Assembly (NCBI RefSeq): GCF_009914755.1
Contig: NC_060936.1
Reading direction: 5' to 3' (one strand)
Origin: the human T2T-CHM13v2.0 reference genome, Homo sapiens
DNA length: 64,000 nucleotides
Made by a program: the position numbers and the translations under genes. Of the stretch, positions 1 through 14,389 are shown piece after piece (the first letter of the stretch is position 1; every line of letters starts with the position of its first letter). Below the pieces are notes generated by a model, which had not been told where the DNA came from, did no database searches, and saw nothing but the letters and a program-made list of their open reading frames with translations.

Positions 1-240
1 TTGAATGTCTGCCTTTTATTCCTTCAAACAGCTTCACCTCATAGGCCAGGATTTGAAACAGTGTAAAAAAGGCAAGGCTGGACTTCACCTGCCTCTGGCG
101 AGGCCTCTTGTGCCCTTCCCAGGCTACAGGTATTTTACTCCATGGGGGTTTTGGTGGGATTCTGGGTAGGCCAGGAAGCAGTGTGGCTAGGAAGAGACCT
201 CCAGGCAAAGTTGACGCTGTCACCCAGATGGCCTATAATC

Positions 241-571
241 CAGGGTAGTAAACTCAGACGCTTGCAGGAGTCAACCAGTCAATGAGTCAGAGAAATGGGT
301 CACATGGGGACCTTAAGAACCAGAGAACTCAGGTCATGGGTAATTGGTACAATTTGGCTCCAGCCCATTTGTTACCACGTGGAACACAAGTCCAGTATTG
401 GTGGGTCTTCTGAATTTTCAAAAGAAGCCCCAAATTCAGATTTGATATGAAATTTTCTGAGTTTTAAATGCTGGCAAAGGGTTCCATTTTAAAAAGGGCA
501 CTGGGGGGCCAAACAAAGAATTTGTACATGGTGCCAGTGATGCCTGGGCTTGCAATCAGCTTGAAACCCTT
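241..571 (-). mobile_element. hAT-Charlie DNA transposon relic, MER102-like
   Basis: Contains AAAAGAAGCC...CAGATTT...TGAAAT...TTTTAAATGCTGGCAA and GGCCAAACAAA, matching the reverse complement of the recalled MER102 consensus; CAGGG/CCCT-like termini. Confidence 0.6.
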
Positions 572-1284
572 GGGGAGCTGTGGAGCAGACGCGTGCCTCC
601 TTCTCAATCAGTTGTCCAAGGGGACATACCATTTGGGAATTGTGATTGAACCAACACACGCTCTTTGACTCAGCCACAGAAATTGCGAGCTATAATTATG
701 GTTCTTTTAATTCCTCCTTTAATTAGGTAACATTTAAAGTTTTTCAACAAGTGAGAAAAAGAAAAGATAAAGACTGAGAAAGAACTAGAATTCAAGAAAG
801 AGCTAGAATTTGAACCTGGGGGCTATGTGTGTCTTATCCACTGCTGTAAGCCAGGGCTGGGTGCACAAAAAATGTTGCTGAATAAAGTACTGAATGAAAG
901 TAGAAAAGTCACAGAGCCAAGTTTGCATGTTTCAGGGTGTGGAAGGGTGGCCCAGTGGTTTCCCAAGCCCCACATTTTAGTTCTATTACATCTAAATTAT
1001 TCGCTGAAGAGGACATCTATAGGATGCTGGTGCAATGTATGAATGTACGATGGTTCCCATTGAGGAACATGAACTTAGTGTTACCAAGCTCTGTGTGTGG
1101 CTGACCTGGCATTCTCTTTTCCCTTCTCTCCCCGCTAGAATTCCCCTCCAGCCTTTAAATTGTAGCTCCAGACTGTACCACATATGAAGCTTTTATTGAC
1201 TCCCCCAGACAATAATAGCAGCAATAACAGTCCCATTTAATGAACAACTACTACCTGGTAACATTGTCCTGGATGTCTGTAATG

Positions 1285-1677
1285 ATAACATTTTAGACAC
1301 CTGGCCATAGTGGTGAGTACACATGACTAAGGCCTGGCCAATCATAGCACCTCATACCCTTCCCCTAAAGTGATTGGTCTGAAAGGTAAGCAAGTGACTC
1401 AAGCAGGGCCAATCAGGCCTCTTCCCTGGAACTAATATACTGTTGCTGGGTGAAGGAAGCTGTCTTCCTGCTGAGGCTGCTAAGCTGAAGCTATTAGTGG
1501 TATAGTTACTGCCGCTTGGGAAAGGCTCATCTGCAGGAGAAGAGACTGAGGTTTATACAAATCAAGAGAAGAGACAAGCAGAGAACAGAGGAAACTGTGG
1601 ATGTAATGCATTCCTTTATGTGTCTCCTTGGAGTGGGGTTTTTGTCATTTACAACCAAAAGAATCCTGACAGATACA
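1285..1677 (+). mobile_element. MaLR solo LTR (MLT1K/J-like), interrupting a MIR
   Basis: GGCCAATCA motifs; 3' end GGGTTTTTGTCATTTACAACCAAAAGAATCCTGACAGATACA; MIR sequence on both sides. Confidence 0.6.
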
Positions 1678-1865
1678 GCCCATTATATACGTTGTCATAC
1701 TGAACTGTCTTAAGAACCCTGTGACACTGATATCAATAACCCTCATTTTATAGATTAGGAAATTAAGGCTCAGAGAGGTGAAGTGACTAGCCCAAGGCCA
1801 CACAGCCACTAAGAGGATGGTTTGATGACTCTGGATGCTCTATTTCCATTGTGTTGCTCTGCCTG
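1678..1865 (-). mobile_element. MIR SINE
   Basis: MIR core CATTTTATAGATTAGGAAATTAAGGCTCAGAGAGGTGAAGTGACTAGCCCAAGGCCACACAGC. Confidence 0.85.
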
Positions 1866-2009
1866 TCTTGATAAACCAGTTGTCCGGGTTAGAGCAAGCT
1901 AACAACACAAAATATCATTATTATTACTGTAGGGCAGGAATGTCTCCCCAACTAAGAAATCTACTGTTTCAGGGTTAGAAGGAACTTGAATTCAGCTGAG
2001 GTTCTTTGG

Positions 2010-2230
2010 AAAGAGCAGGGAACTTGGAATCAGGAGGCTTCTAGGGGAAGTTCTGGTTGTTACTAGCTGGGAAAGTCAGTCACTCAATGTCTATTTGAAT
2101 GTCCTCATCTGCGAAAAGAGGATAATACTCAAGATACAAGATTGTTATGACAATTAAAGGAGATAAAGTACACGAAACTGTCTTAGACATGTAAAGCCCT
2201 GTATAAAAGTAAGGTACTAGTACTATTATT
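2010..2230 (+). mobile_element. MIR SINE (diverged)
   Basis: CCTCATCTGCGAAAAGAGGATAATA core and TGTAAAGCCCTGTATAAAAGTAAGG tail. Confidence 0.6.
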
Positions 2231-2287
2231 TACCCCTATGATGCTTATGCCTCATCTCAGTCTGTGCCTCCATACTCCCACATATAG

Positions 2288-2735
<448 letters not shown>

Positions 2736-2904
2736 TCCCTTGGGTTTCATCCATCCATCAATCTATCCCATCCATCCATTTTCCTCCCTCCCTCCCTCCC
2801 TGTTTTTCTTTCTTCATTCCTTTTTTGCACCCATCAATCCACTGAGGTAAATACTGAAGGAAATCGGAGAATCAAGAATACAGTGCATGTCCACACTAGC
2901 TTCA

Positions 2905-3487
2905 CCCCACCTGTCCAATTCTCCATCCAACAGCTGGAATAATTTTCTAACACAAATATAATCCTGTCACCTCCTTACTTCAAGCCCACCAGTGGTCATC
3001 CATGGCCCTCATGATAGAATGAGCTGCAGACCGCTGTCTGACATGGCCCCTGCCCACCTCTCCAGCCTTGCCTCTCCCCTCTCCCATCTCATGACCATCC
3101 TCAAACCGAATAGAGTGACCCAGCTGAACAGAGTGACTGACAGTTATTGGAATGGGCCACTGTCTTCCCCCATTGGGCCTCTGCACAAGCTCTTCTCTAT
3201 GCCTGGAATACGCCCCCCACCACCCCTGCTCTTTACCTAGCTCAATCCTACTTATCCTTCAGATTTCAGTTGAGATATCACTTCCTCCAGGAAGCCTCTC
3301 CTACCTCCAAAGACTGGGTGAAATGGCCCCTCTGGTATTTCCAGAGTCCCCTGGGCTCACCTCCAGCCCCGCATAGATCACACTACAGTTGGCTCCCTGG
3401 TTGCCTGTCTGTTTTCTGTCTCTGTGTTATATTGATGTCTGGTTCTCCAACACCTAACAGAGTCTCAATAAAGAGTTTTAAATGGAT
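2905..3487 (+). mobile_element. L2 LINE 3' fragment
   Basis: L2 motifs: CCTGCCCACCTCTCCAGCC, TGCCTGGAAT, TCACTTCCTCCAGGAAGCCT, CTCAATAAA. Confidence 0.8.
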
Positions 3488-3840
3488 ACCATCTCTCCTT
3501 TTATTTCTGTCTCTTGTCACTTGCCTCCGTCCCTCAGAACCCTGTGAATTATAAAGAGCACTAATGACTCCACTACAGTAGGGATGAAAGGCTCTGGGAA
3601 GGGCCCCTGTCTGCAATAGCTCTAGCTTACCACAGTAGCTGAACCACTACCATTAGCAAATCATTAAGGTAAGAATTGCCCTCTTCTGAGGGATCCTCAG
3701 ACAGAGACCCATAATAAGTGAAAGGTGTGTGAGTGTATGTGTGCGTGTGCATGCTCCTCACTGCAGCACTTTGCAAGGGTCCCAAACTCCTACTTTCCAA
3801 CATCAATACTGCCAGGGGCCAGGGTGAGGGGCTGCTCATA

Positions 3841-4110
3841 GGAGGCTGTGTGGCACAGTGGTTGTCTCCTGTAACTGGTGTTGACTTCCTGGGTTTGAAT
3901 CCTGACTCTACAACTTCCCAGCTGGGTACGCTAGGGTAAGTCATTGAATGCATCAGTGCCTCAGTTTTCCCCTCTGTAAAATGGTCTTGATAATAACAAT
4001 ATGAACTTTTGGGGTCAGGATGAGGGTATTCAGCAACACGATGCCGGTAAAGTGTTCAGTACAGAGCTGGGGCAGAGTAAGAATTTAGTAGAACTCAGTT
4101 ATTATCATTG
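3841..4110 (+). mobile_element. MIR SINE
   Basis: CTGGGTTTGAATCCTGACTCT...GCCTCAGTTTTCCCCTCTGTAAAATGG. Confidence 0.85.
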
Positions 4111-4433
4111 TTCTCCTTTAAATTTAAATTATTCTGCTTATCCAGAAGTCCTGGCATCTGGTCCCAGCTCTGCTGTTAACCCTATGGATGGCCCTGGATA
4201 AGTCCTTGTCCCTCTCTGCACTTCCCCCTCTGTTCTTGAATTCTCCTGCCTCAGAGCTTCAGATGAGTGGGCTTTACTGAGCAGCTGTGAAGTGGCAGTT
4301 GGACTGCCTGGCCCTGAGCCTGCCCTTTTGTGGGGGATGAGAAAGTGGGCAGTGGGCCTGAATCATCCCAGGATGATTTGCCTTCAGAAGCACAGGAAGG
4401 CATGGGTAAAGGGCCTGCAAGCTGAGAGGTCAT

Positions 4434-4530
4434 AGGCGGAGTGACCAACCTTGCTGATGTGCCCAGGACTTTCCTGGCTTTAGCATTGAAACTTCCATGT
4501 TCCAGGTACCCTCTCTGTTCTGGGATCAGT
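4434..4530 (+). mobile_element. MER81-like hAT-Blackjack MITE
   Basis: GTGACCAACC...TGCCCAGGACTTTCCTGGCTTTAGCATTGAAA matches the recalled MER81 consensus. Confidence 0.65.
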
Positions 4531-4750
4531 AGATGTCCACTGAGCAGGATCATCATGTTTCTGGGAAATTGATCTTGGGATAATGAGGTTGGGATGGGAA
4601 CTGGAGGCTGGGGAGGGGCTGTCCAATGCACCGGGCACTGCTGGTTGGGGGTACCTGGAGGCGGGATATGGTCTCAGCAAAGCGAAGGAGAAAGTCGAGG
4701 GGGAGGGGGAAGGGCTGCTGCTACCCTTTCTCTCTCTATATATATATATA

Positions 4751-5058
4751 TTTTTTTTCTTTTTTCTTTTTTTTTTTTTGGATAGGGTTTTGCTCTGTTT
4801 CCCAGGCTGGAGTGCCGTGTCACAAACAGGGCTCCTTGCAGCCTGGACCTCAGGCTCAGGCGATCCTTCCAACTCAGTCTGCTGAATAACTGGGACCACA
4901 GGCATACACCATCATGCCCAGCTAATTTTATTTGAATTTTAGTAGAGATTGGGTCTCCCTATGTTTCCCAGGCTGGTCCCGAACTCCCAAGCAAGTGATC
5001 CTTCCTCCTCGACCTCCCATAGTGCTGGGATTACAGGTGTGAGCCACCGTGCTGGAGC
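4751..5058 (-). mobile_element. AluJ
   Basis: Diverged dimer with poly-T tail, preceded by (CT)n(AT)n. Confidence 0.9.
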
Positions 5059-5488
5059 TGTTTCTATTTCTGCATATCTCCTCCAAAGTATCAGCTGCCC
5101 TGTGGGATGAAAGCGGGGACTTTTCCAGCCTCTGGTGTTTGCTCTTCCTGTACCCCTTCCTGTTACCTAATTAGGAACTGGGCCTGTATCTATATCCTTC
5201 CCAGGCTGCCTTGTAGCTCTCCATACATGTTTGATGAATGAACACTGAACCACACTACAGGTTTCAAAGCCTCATTTGACTCTCTAGTCTAGGGGGGACT
5301 AGAAAGGTCTTTTGGCAAGACAGCAACAATAATAACTAATGTTTGTTGAGTATTTCTGTGTGCCCGTGAATGTTCTAAGCACCCTACAGCAGTGCGGTTT
5401 CTTTTAACTCAGAAAATCGTTGCTGGCCCCAGGTAGCCTCCATCCATCAGTGCTGACATGGCACTACGCAACAGGAAACAGTCTACCC

Positions 5489-5681
5489 CAGTAATTCTCA
5501 ACAGGATAACTTTGTGCCCCGGGAGACTCTTGGCAATGCCTGGAGACATTTTTGGTTGTCACAACTGAGGGAGAAGTGGAGACCAGGGATGCTACTCAAT
5601 ACCCTACAGTGCGCATGGCTGCCCCCACCACAAAGAATTATCTGGACCATTATGTCAGCAGTGCAGAGGTGGGGAGACCCT
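5489..5681 (+). mobile_element. MER20 DNA transposon
   Basis: TTGGCAATGCCTGGAGACATTTTTGGTTGTCACAACTG...CAAAGAATTATCTGG...GTGCAGAGGTGGGGAGACCCT. Confidence 0.85.
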
Positions 5682-5850
5682 ACATGACATGCATTATCTC
5701 CTATTTTACCCTCTCAGTGGCCCCGTGATGTAGGATCACAGAAGAGGAAACTGAGGGTCAGACAAGTTAGGCAAATGCCCAATGGAGCCAGGACGTGATC
5801 GCTGGATGATCGGGTGTCAAATCCCGTACTCTTGACCCCTGCTCTGCGGA
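5682..5850 (-). mobile_element. MIR SINE
   Basis: CAGAAGAGGAAACTGAGGGTCAGA core. Confidence 0.6.
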
Positions 5851-6664
5851 AGCCAACTGGGAGATGAGGGCAGAGGGGCTGCCTTGGGCAGGGACAGGGG
5901 GGCTGCTCTGTTGGAGGGCCTGGATCCTCCGGATTGCTGAACACAGTCCTGTCTGAGGGTCACTGGAGGGTCGGGGCGTGGCAGAGTGGCTTGTCCAGAG
6001 CCCAGAGACAGCCTGTGGGGAATTTTCCTGGCTGGCCAGAGCAGCCACCAGATGGGGGACCGAGCAGAATGTAATATCTGGCCATCTGCAGTCAGCAGCC
6101 CCCAAATGCAGCAGGCAGCCCCTCCCGGCGGATGAGAAGATTCTTCCTGCAACCCTGTGTGCTGGATTTGCTGCTGGTCTAGGAAGACTGGACTTTGGGG
6201 AATAGAGCGTCTCACATGTGATTGAAACATGCATGTGCTCATGTGCACACAAGACACATGCCTGCACACAGCCTCCACCTCTCAGGTGCCAGGGGCTCTG
6301 ACGGGCACTGAGACCATTGGTGACCACAACTATTGGACCATCCACCTCTCCTTAGGAAACTGGTCAGGATTTACCTACAATGGAGGATTTCTTTGCCCCC
6401 TGTGCCAAGCAGAAGGGAAAACATCAAGATTGCTATGACTGGAGGCACGATGCATTCAAGAGGGCATGTGGGGTGGCAAGGGGGCAGCTCACCCTCACCT
6501 GTCCTCAGTCTACCCTGTGCCTTCAGAATACCTGTTCTCCTCTCAGTCCTGTGAGTCTTCAGCAAGTGCTCCTCTCCTCTCTGATCTGCTTCCAAGGAAA
6601 TACAACCAGCTTCACTTTTTGGGACCCGAGAGAGTCTTTATGAGTTACTGAATCATCCTAGAAC

Positions 6665-6820
6665 AATGAGAACTACCATTCACTGAGGATTTAAATCAGG
6701 CACCCGGGGCTGTGATGCACATGTCTCCTCCAAGTCCTGTGATAGCTCTGAGAGATGTTGACATAAACCCTGTTTTCTGAAGCTCAGAGAGGTGAAGTCT
6801 TTCTCCCAAGGTCACAGAGC
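6665..6820 (-). mobile_element. MIR SINE
   Basis: GCTCAGAGAGGTGAAGTCTTTCTCCCAAGGTCACAGAGC. Confidence 0.7.
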
Positions 6821-6905
6821 AAAGTACATTATTATTTCAGGGTTTTCTAGGAAGTTGAGACTTGCCGTAGTTCAGGCAGAAAAGTGCAGAGCAGGGCATA
6901 TGGCA

Positions 6906-6983
6906 GGCACCCCAGATTCATCTATGTCCTTGTAGGGGATTAGGGCACCCCAGATTCATCTATGTCCTTGTAGGGGATTAGGG
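6906..6983. repeat. Perfect 38-bp tandem duplication (2 copies)
   Basis: GGCACCCCAGATTCATCTATGTCCTTGTAGGGGATTAG at 6906-6943 and 6944-6981. Confidence 0.95.
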
Positions 6984-7384
6984 AACCCTCTTCAGTGACA
7001 GACAAGAGCTGCTCATAACCAGTCTCACACAGGGCTACCTCTCAGGTGTTGGGGGGGCACGTGGCTTTTTGCAGTGGTTAAAATACACTCTTATTGTCAG
7101 GTAAAGAGGAAATAAACATTGTTGACTTATTTGGTCAAAGCTTTCTTTAAAAATAGGAGCGTGACCCACTTCATATGGACTCAACATCTGAGAATGGCTC
7201 AAATTCTTGAATTTGCATCCCCCAAGCCTTCACCCGGTTCAGAAGTTGCATTCTTCCTTGATTATCTCCCTGATTAACTAAACGTGACTGTGGACCAAGT
7301 CTGAGCCCGGCATGAGGAACACAAACATGAAGGCATGGGGGTGGTGGAGGTCTCTGCCTGGTGTGTCCATTCACCAAGAAGGGT

Positions 7385-7605
7385 GACTATTTACAAAGCA
7401 CCTACTATGTGTTGAGTGGCTTTGCAAACTCACCACTTCCTTATCCTCATGACGGTCCTGTGAGTTTAGATAATCGTCACTTTTATTTTACAAGTCAGGA
7501 GACTGGGGCTTGGAAGGGTTTTGTGGCTTGATCAGGGTCCTGCAATCAGATAGTGGCAGGGGTGGGATGGGGACCCAGGCCTGGCTGGGGCATAAGTCCT
7601 TATCC
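7385..7605 (-). mobile_element. MIR SINE
   Basis: GCACCTACTATGTG...TTATCCTCATGAC...ATTTTACAAGTCAGGAGACTGGGGCT. Confidence 0.6.
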
Positions 7606-8410
7606 CTTCTGGGTATGATCGCTACCCACATGTGGAAGACTGCCCTGGTCTGAGCTGGGGTCAGGATGGGGAGGGCCTCTTCATTTGCCTCCTTCATTTG
7701 CTACTTAGCTTTGCTACCTTCGGGGGTTCAAGGCTGTTTTCCTCCCAGTGGGATTAGCTCTGTTCTGATTTTAACCCAAATGGAAATTTGGGCTACAATC
7801 ATTAAGGGCCCTTCAAGTCCCCAATGAGACCAAGCCAGACCGGCCAAGGAGTTTGCTCTCCTAGCCCAGAACACCCAGTGTGCCCCAGGCGAGGAAATCA
7901 CATTACTGAATTATGGTTCATTTGCAAGGTTCCCCTGTCCAGCCAGGATGCTGGCTTCCTGACCCCATTAATCAGAGATTCAACTTTCCAAGTGCAGGGC
8001 GGCCTACACAGTCCATGGTAGTTGTCCCAAGGACCATGGCCTGACCTTTGTGGACTGAGATGCTAATGCTGAAATCAGGTTTGAATTCCAGCAGCTCCTC
8101 CCAATTTCTAGGCAATTATCTAACTTCTGTGAGCCTCAACTTTCTCACCTACAAAATAGGGATAGTCATGGTGTTTGGCAGACTTTTCTTTTCCTTTTCT
8201 TTTTGTCTCTTAGAATCCATTTTGCTTTTTGGCCAGCATTCCCTCTCCCCATATTTTTAAGGAGAGAATTCACCTTTTTCTCTGTTGGATGATCACAGGT
8301 TCTGCTCTTCCCAATCCAGAGGCAGGTACTATTCACCCCATGGGGTCATAGAGAGGATTAAACAGGGTGATGCCTGCAATGGGAATATTTGAAAACCTTT
8401 CTTCCAACTT

Positions 8411-8417
8411 CTTTTTC

Positions 8418-8484
<67 letters not shown>

Positions 8485-8780
8485 TTTTTTTTGAGACGAA
8501 TGTTGCGCTCTCGCCCTCACCTAGGCTGGAGCGCAGTGGTGTGATCTCAGCTCACTGCAACATTTACCTGCTGGGTTCAAGTGATCCTCCTGCCTCAGCC
8601 TGCTGAGTAGCTGGGACTGCAGGTTCCTGGTACTGTGCCCAGCTAGTTTTTGTATCTTGGGTAGAGACGGGGTTGCACCACATTGGCCAGGCTGGTCTCA
8701 AAACTCCAGACCTCAGGTGATCTGCCTGCCTTGACCTCCCAAAGTGCTGGGATTACAGGTGTGAACCACTGTGCCTGGCC
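8411..8780 (-). mobile_element. AluS with (CTTT)~17 tail microsatellite
   Basis: Alu dimer; pure (CTTT)n at 8418-8485; TSD CTTCCAAC / CTTCCAGC. Confidence 0.95.
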
Positions 8781-8847
8781 CTTCCAGCGATTTTGAAAAG
8801 CATTTACTCAGGGCCTAGCACTTGGTATGGACATTAACTGTCCCTCA

Positions 8848-9210
8848 GGGGTAGGCAGCCTTCAAGATGCCCCAGCTCAGTCTTGCATATGGTCACACAG
8901 CCAGGTATTCACAGCCAGACCCCTTGTGACTCCTTTCCCTTCAAGTGTGGGTGGGACGTTGTGACTTGCTTCTAATGAATTGATACAGCAAAAGCGACGG
9001 GCTGGCACTTCTGAGATCGGGTGACAAAAAGGCAGTGGTTTCTGTCCTTTGCTCTTGCCATTGCTCTCCTAAGAGCCCTGGAAAAGCAAGAGGCCAGGTT
9101 GTGAGCTGTCCTAGGGAGAGGCCCACGTGGCACGGAGCTGATGCCTCCAGCCTGCAGCCAGAGAGCACAAACCTGAGGCTTGCCAAGAACCACGTGGGCG
9201 AGCTTGGAAA
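8848..9210 (+). mobile_element. MLT1F-like MaLR LTR (3'-truncated)
   Basis: GGTAGGCAGCC...AAGATG, GTGACTTGCTTCTAATGAA, GGAGAGGCCCACGTGGCA, CCACGTGGGCGAGCTTGGAA. Confidence 0.8.
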
Positions 9211-9347
9211 TGAAGTGAGCTATCTGCTTCCTTTTCCCCACCTTTGGGAGAATAGATGGTATTCTGTAAGCTCTGAAGCCCTCTGTGATTTTTGCTATTT
9301 TTCTGTTAACTATTGCTCTAGCAACTGCCAGCAGCAAGCCCCACTAA

Positions 9348-9686
<339 letters not shown>

Positions 9687-10729
9687 CATTTGTCTACCTT
9701 TTTTTTTTTTTTTTTAAATCCCATTTTACAGAGGTGACACTGAAGCTTGAAAGGGATGAGTCTTGCATATGGTCACATAGCCAGCATGTGGCTGAGCAGG
9801 GGGCCCAAAGCAAAGTCAGCCTGACTTTTTGGCATCTGCTTCTGGACAAGTGTAGGCTGAGACTTCTGAGAAAGGAGCCCTAAGAAGCCTTTTATGCACT
9901 CCAGGGAGCACCCTCTGACTGCGGCAGGGTTGTTGGGGGTGCCAGTGTTATTTTGCACCGAGGGTCATGCAGAGCTGAGACTGTTCTGGAGAGACTCAGA
10001 GATTGGGGGTTTGCAGCATCTTCCTCTTAGCTGGAGGAGAGCATGGGGGCAGGCCTGCGTGGGGGCAGCAGGATGGCTGAGTTGGCCTGCCTGAGCTTTG
10101 GACACTCCAGGTTTCTTGGCCACGCACTTTTGTTCCTGAGCTCAGAGGCCCTGGCCACAGGCTTCTGGCTATGGGTCTTTGGCGACTCCTGGGGGAGAGG
10201 GGCCCCACCTGTGTGACTGAAGAAGACAAGGACCCCCCGTGGTCATTCCCCTTCCCAGGGAACCTCCTCTGAGCCAAAGGTTTGTGGCTGCTGTGACCTC
10301 ATCCTCTTGCGCCAGTTCCTGCTTCCCTGTAATTTATGGCCACGTCCGCATTAATTGATGCTGCAGAGGCCGTGAACTGGGCTAATTGTTTCCAAATATC
10401 AAATTGCAGGGTTTCTTGGCTGATTACAGGGGCATTAGAGTGGAAAGTGGCAAGGTTCTGCTGTTGTGATAATGAATGATGGGCCCCGGGGATGCCATCT
10501 GCCCGGATGAGACTGAGAGACCTCCACATGGCACAGTCACCCAGCAGGCTGGGACACCTCCAACCCCTGGCCATGAGAGGGGCACATTTCCTGGAAGGAT
10601 CTGGGGGAGTTCTTCTCTGTGGCGATGTCTTCAATATCCCCCATTATCCCATGGAGATAATGGGACAGACAGGGGCCTAGTGATGCATTTCCAGGCCACA
10701 GAGGAAGGAGATACTTGCTAGATCATCAA

Positions 10730-11335
<606 letters not shown>

Positions 11336-11494
11336 TCCCATTGCTTTCTAATTGTTCCAATTTCCATTCATTTCCAGGTCAGCCCGTCTGCACTTCCCTT
11401 ATCCCAGTTACTCCAGGGCCTTCTCCCTTTCCTTCCTGGCTTCTCACCTCCTCAGTTTGGGTGGATTTGGGACAGAGTGGGAAGAAGGGAAGTA

Positions 11495-12002
<508 letters not shown>

Positions 12003-12279
12003 AACCTTGGTCTGTTTTCATAGTGACATGTCGCCTCAGGACGATCAGTCTGTTATTGCTTTGCATCTATTTCTAGCTGGGCATTTTTCACAGTGTTAAC
12101 CATTTGGTCAGGTGTGGCAAGTATCTGTCATATGTGCACAACCTGCCCTTCTCATGTCCCTGGCAGACATTACTAGTGGATCACAGTACACTCTCCTGCT
12201 GAGCCTGGATCTGCTCTCAACACTGTGGTCTAGGCCATCATTACCAAACCCTTTGAGATGACATTTGACGTAAAAACCA

Positions 12280-12958
<679 letters not shown>

Positions 12959-13959
12959 AGATGCCACTCTTGTGATGGTCATCTTGAGGAAAAGGCAACA
13001 ACTTCTGATTCCTTGGTCTCCAATCTCAACCTCAAATGGCCTACCAGTAACAAGGGGGAATCAAGAAACCCCTCAATCTTGCTGAAAAAAAAAACCCAAC
13101 CCAAAGTTTAGCCTCCTCCCCAAACACAACCAGTTTTGGAAGTTGCCCTTTCTGGATTAAATATTACCTCAATGCTATTAAATTGCAACTCTCAACTTTT
13201 ATTCTTCAGAGACCTGCAAAGACAGACGAGGCTAAGCATTCTCATGGGCGTCCCTAGATTTCAAGGTTGGAAAAACATTTTGCAAAGAAGTAAAGCAGTT
13301 TAGTAGCCTGTAGCCACCAGGGCTGCCAACTCCCACCAGTGATAGCTTCATGGTATCAGGCATGTTGTGGCTGAAATAGGACAGAAGGTAGGCGCAGACC
13401 CCCGTGTATCTACCCATGGTGAGTCCACGTCCTTTCTTCCTGCTCAGAAAAGTTTGTCAGTGACTGAAAGTGACATTTCTTTCAAGGACCTCCTAGAATC
13501 TGCTCTGATTTCTCTAGAATCAAGTATTTGTGTATCAAGCAAATATCAAGACTTGTGTGCTCTGGCACCTCTTGATTGGTCCTGACACATCAGTGTCCCA
13601 CCCCAGCAGTGAGAACCATTGCCCTAAGCCAGGAGGCCAGAAATGACCACTCCCCTCTCTAGTGCCCAGAGCCTCTTCCATGATGCCTGGTACTGACTCC
13701 TACACACCGTGAATACTTGCTCTAGAAGTGCAATCTTGACTCCTTGAGCCTGTTGCCTCCACAGTCTGCTTAAGACAGTTCCTGGGTTTTCCTGATCAGC
13801 TCTATCCCCCCTCTTTCTGATAACAGCACTCCATTTTCCTTGGCAGAACAATTTGGCTGTTATTCTCATGGCCATGGGATTGGTTGAGGAGAAACAAGTG
13901 CCTCCAAGCAGGGCAATCGGAGGCAACACACACTAATTGAGTTCTACCCCACCTCTTCC

Positions 13960-14150
13960 AATACTCTCCAATTCCACCTCAATCATAATTGTTTCAGAGC
14001 GCTTATTAGGGTCTGACTCTTGTCTGCCCACTAGAATGTGAGCTTTAAGATGGCAAGGACTCAGTCCATTTTGATTACTCATGATGCCTCAATTCTTACA
14101 ATGGTGCCTAGAACATAGTAAGTGCTCAATAAAGGCTTGTCAAATGAATA
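13960..14150 (+). mobile_element. L2 3' end
   Basis: CTAGAATGTGAGCT...GGCAAGGAC...GTGCCTAGAACATAGTAAGTGCTCAATAAA. Confidence 0.75.
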
Positions 14151-14389
14151 AACAGTGACTTGACTTTGGCAAAAGAGAGTCTAAAGGAGAGCCTTTCTTT
14201 TCACTGGCGTTGTTAAAGGGATAGAACAAAAATCTGCCCTGAGAAGAGCTTGCCTGAGAGTGAAGACTGCTCAGAAGAAAGCAGACCTGAGAGGTGAACA
14301 GAGAAAGATTCCTGATAACTCTGGTCATCTGGATCCAACTGTATCTGAAGCCAGAACTAGAACCACTGCTAAGATGGCTACTTTCTCAT

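Noticed and set aside
5767-6345. 192-aa and 153-aa minus-strand ORFs in partly unique sequence
   Set aside because: No recognisable homology, overlap with a MIR, open frames on both strands; consistent with chance in GC-rich DNA.
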